A stretch of DNA of 64,000 nt from Eledone cirrhosa. Its lineage: Eukaryota. Below the pieces are notes generated by a model. The model saw nothing but the letters and a program-made list of their open reading frames with translations, searched no databases and was not told the origin of the DNA. Positions 63,773 to 64,000 of the stretch are shown here, in pieces. Where the stretch lies: assembly GCA_964016885.1 (NCBI GenBank), contig OZ024752.1:16802001-16866000 (forward strand), in the 5' to 3' direction. Each line of letters opens with the position of its first letter. Positions within the stretch are counted from its first letter, which is position 1. Made by a program: the position numbers and the translations under genes.

Positions 63773-64000
63773 AATCTTTATATACATATTTATAAATAGG
63801 GTGGGTGAAAAGAAACTATCTCATTTTTCATTGAATAATATATATATATATATATATATTAATCAACGACAAAGCATCAGTTGATTTCAAATCAATTAAA
63901 TTTATATGTAACACTGCCAAGCACTCAACGGTATGCATTTATCCGGTGTATTATTATAATAATTGTTTCTACTATTGGCATAAGGCCACCAATTATCTCA

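Overview
Eukaryotic, repeat-dominated window with no host gene I can support. Positions 1 to ~49,901 are one head-to-tail array of a 45-bp satellite (consensus GATCACTCTGATGTCAGCYGTGTGTGGTAGTCTGTCTAGGGGAAG, about 1,100 monomers, open at the left edge). It has irregular higher-order structure from nested tandem duplications (720, 2025, 3596, 3598 and 7331 bp). All long ORFs in that part are translations of the 15-codon monomer. The remaining ~14 kb is AT-rich and full of microsatellites. It holds five decayed Penelope-like retroelement (PLE) pieces: three Naiad-type, one Neptune-type, and one 3' end carrying a hammerhead-ribozyme motif. It also holds a 994-bp Merlin DNA transposon (GG..CC ends, 8-bp TSD, ~306-bp inverted arms), a non-autonomous Helitron-like element, a MITE-like foldback, SINE-like repeats, a GC-rich Y-shaped hairpin of unknown origin, and a larger inverted repeat concentric with the Merlin. 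The SINE motifs resemble abundant octopus repeats as I recall them, so a cephalopod or other invertebrate source is an inference, not verified. I found no convincing new multi-gene system. The best leads are the Y-shaped hairpin, the symmetric Merlin and nested foldback, the ribozyme-like relics and the variant spectrum of the satellite.
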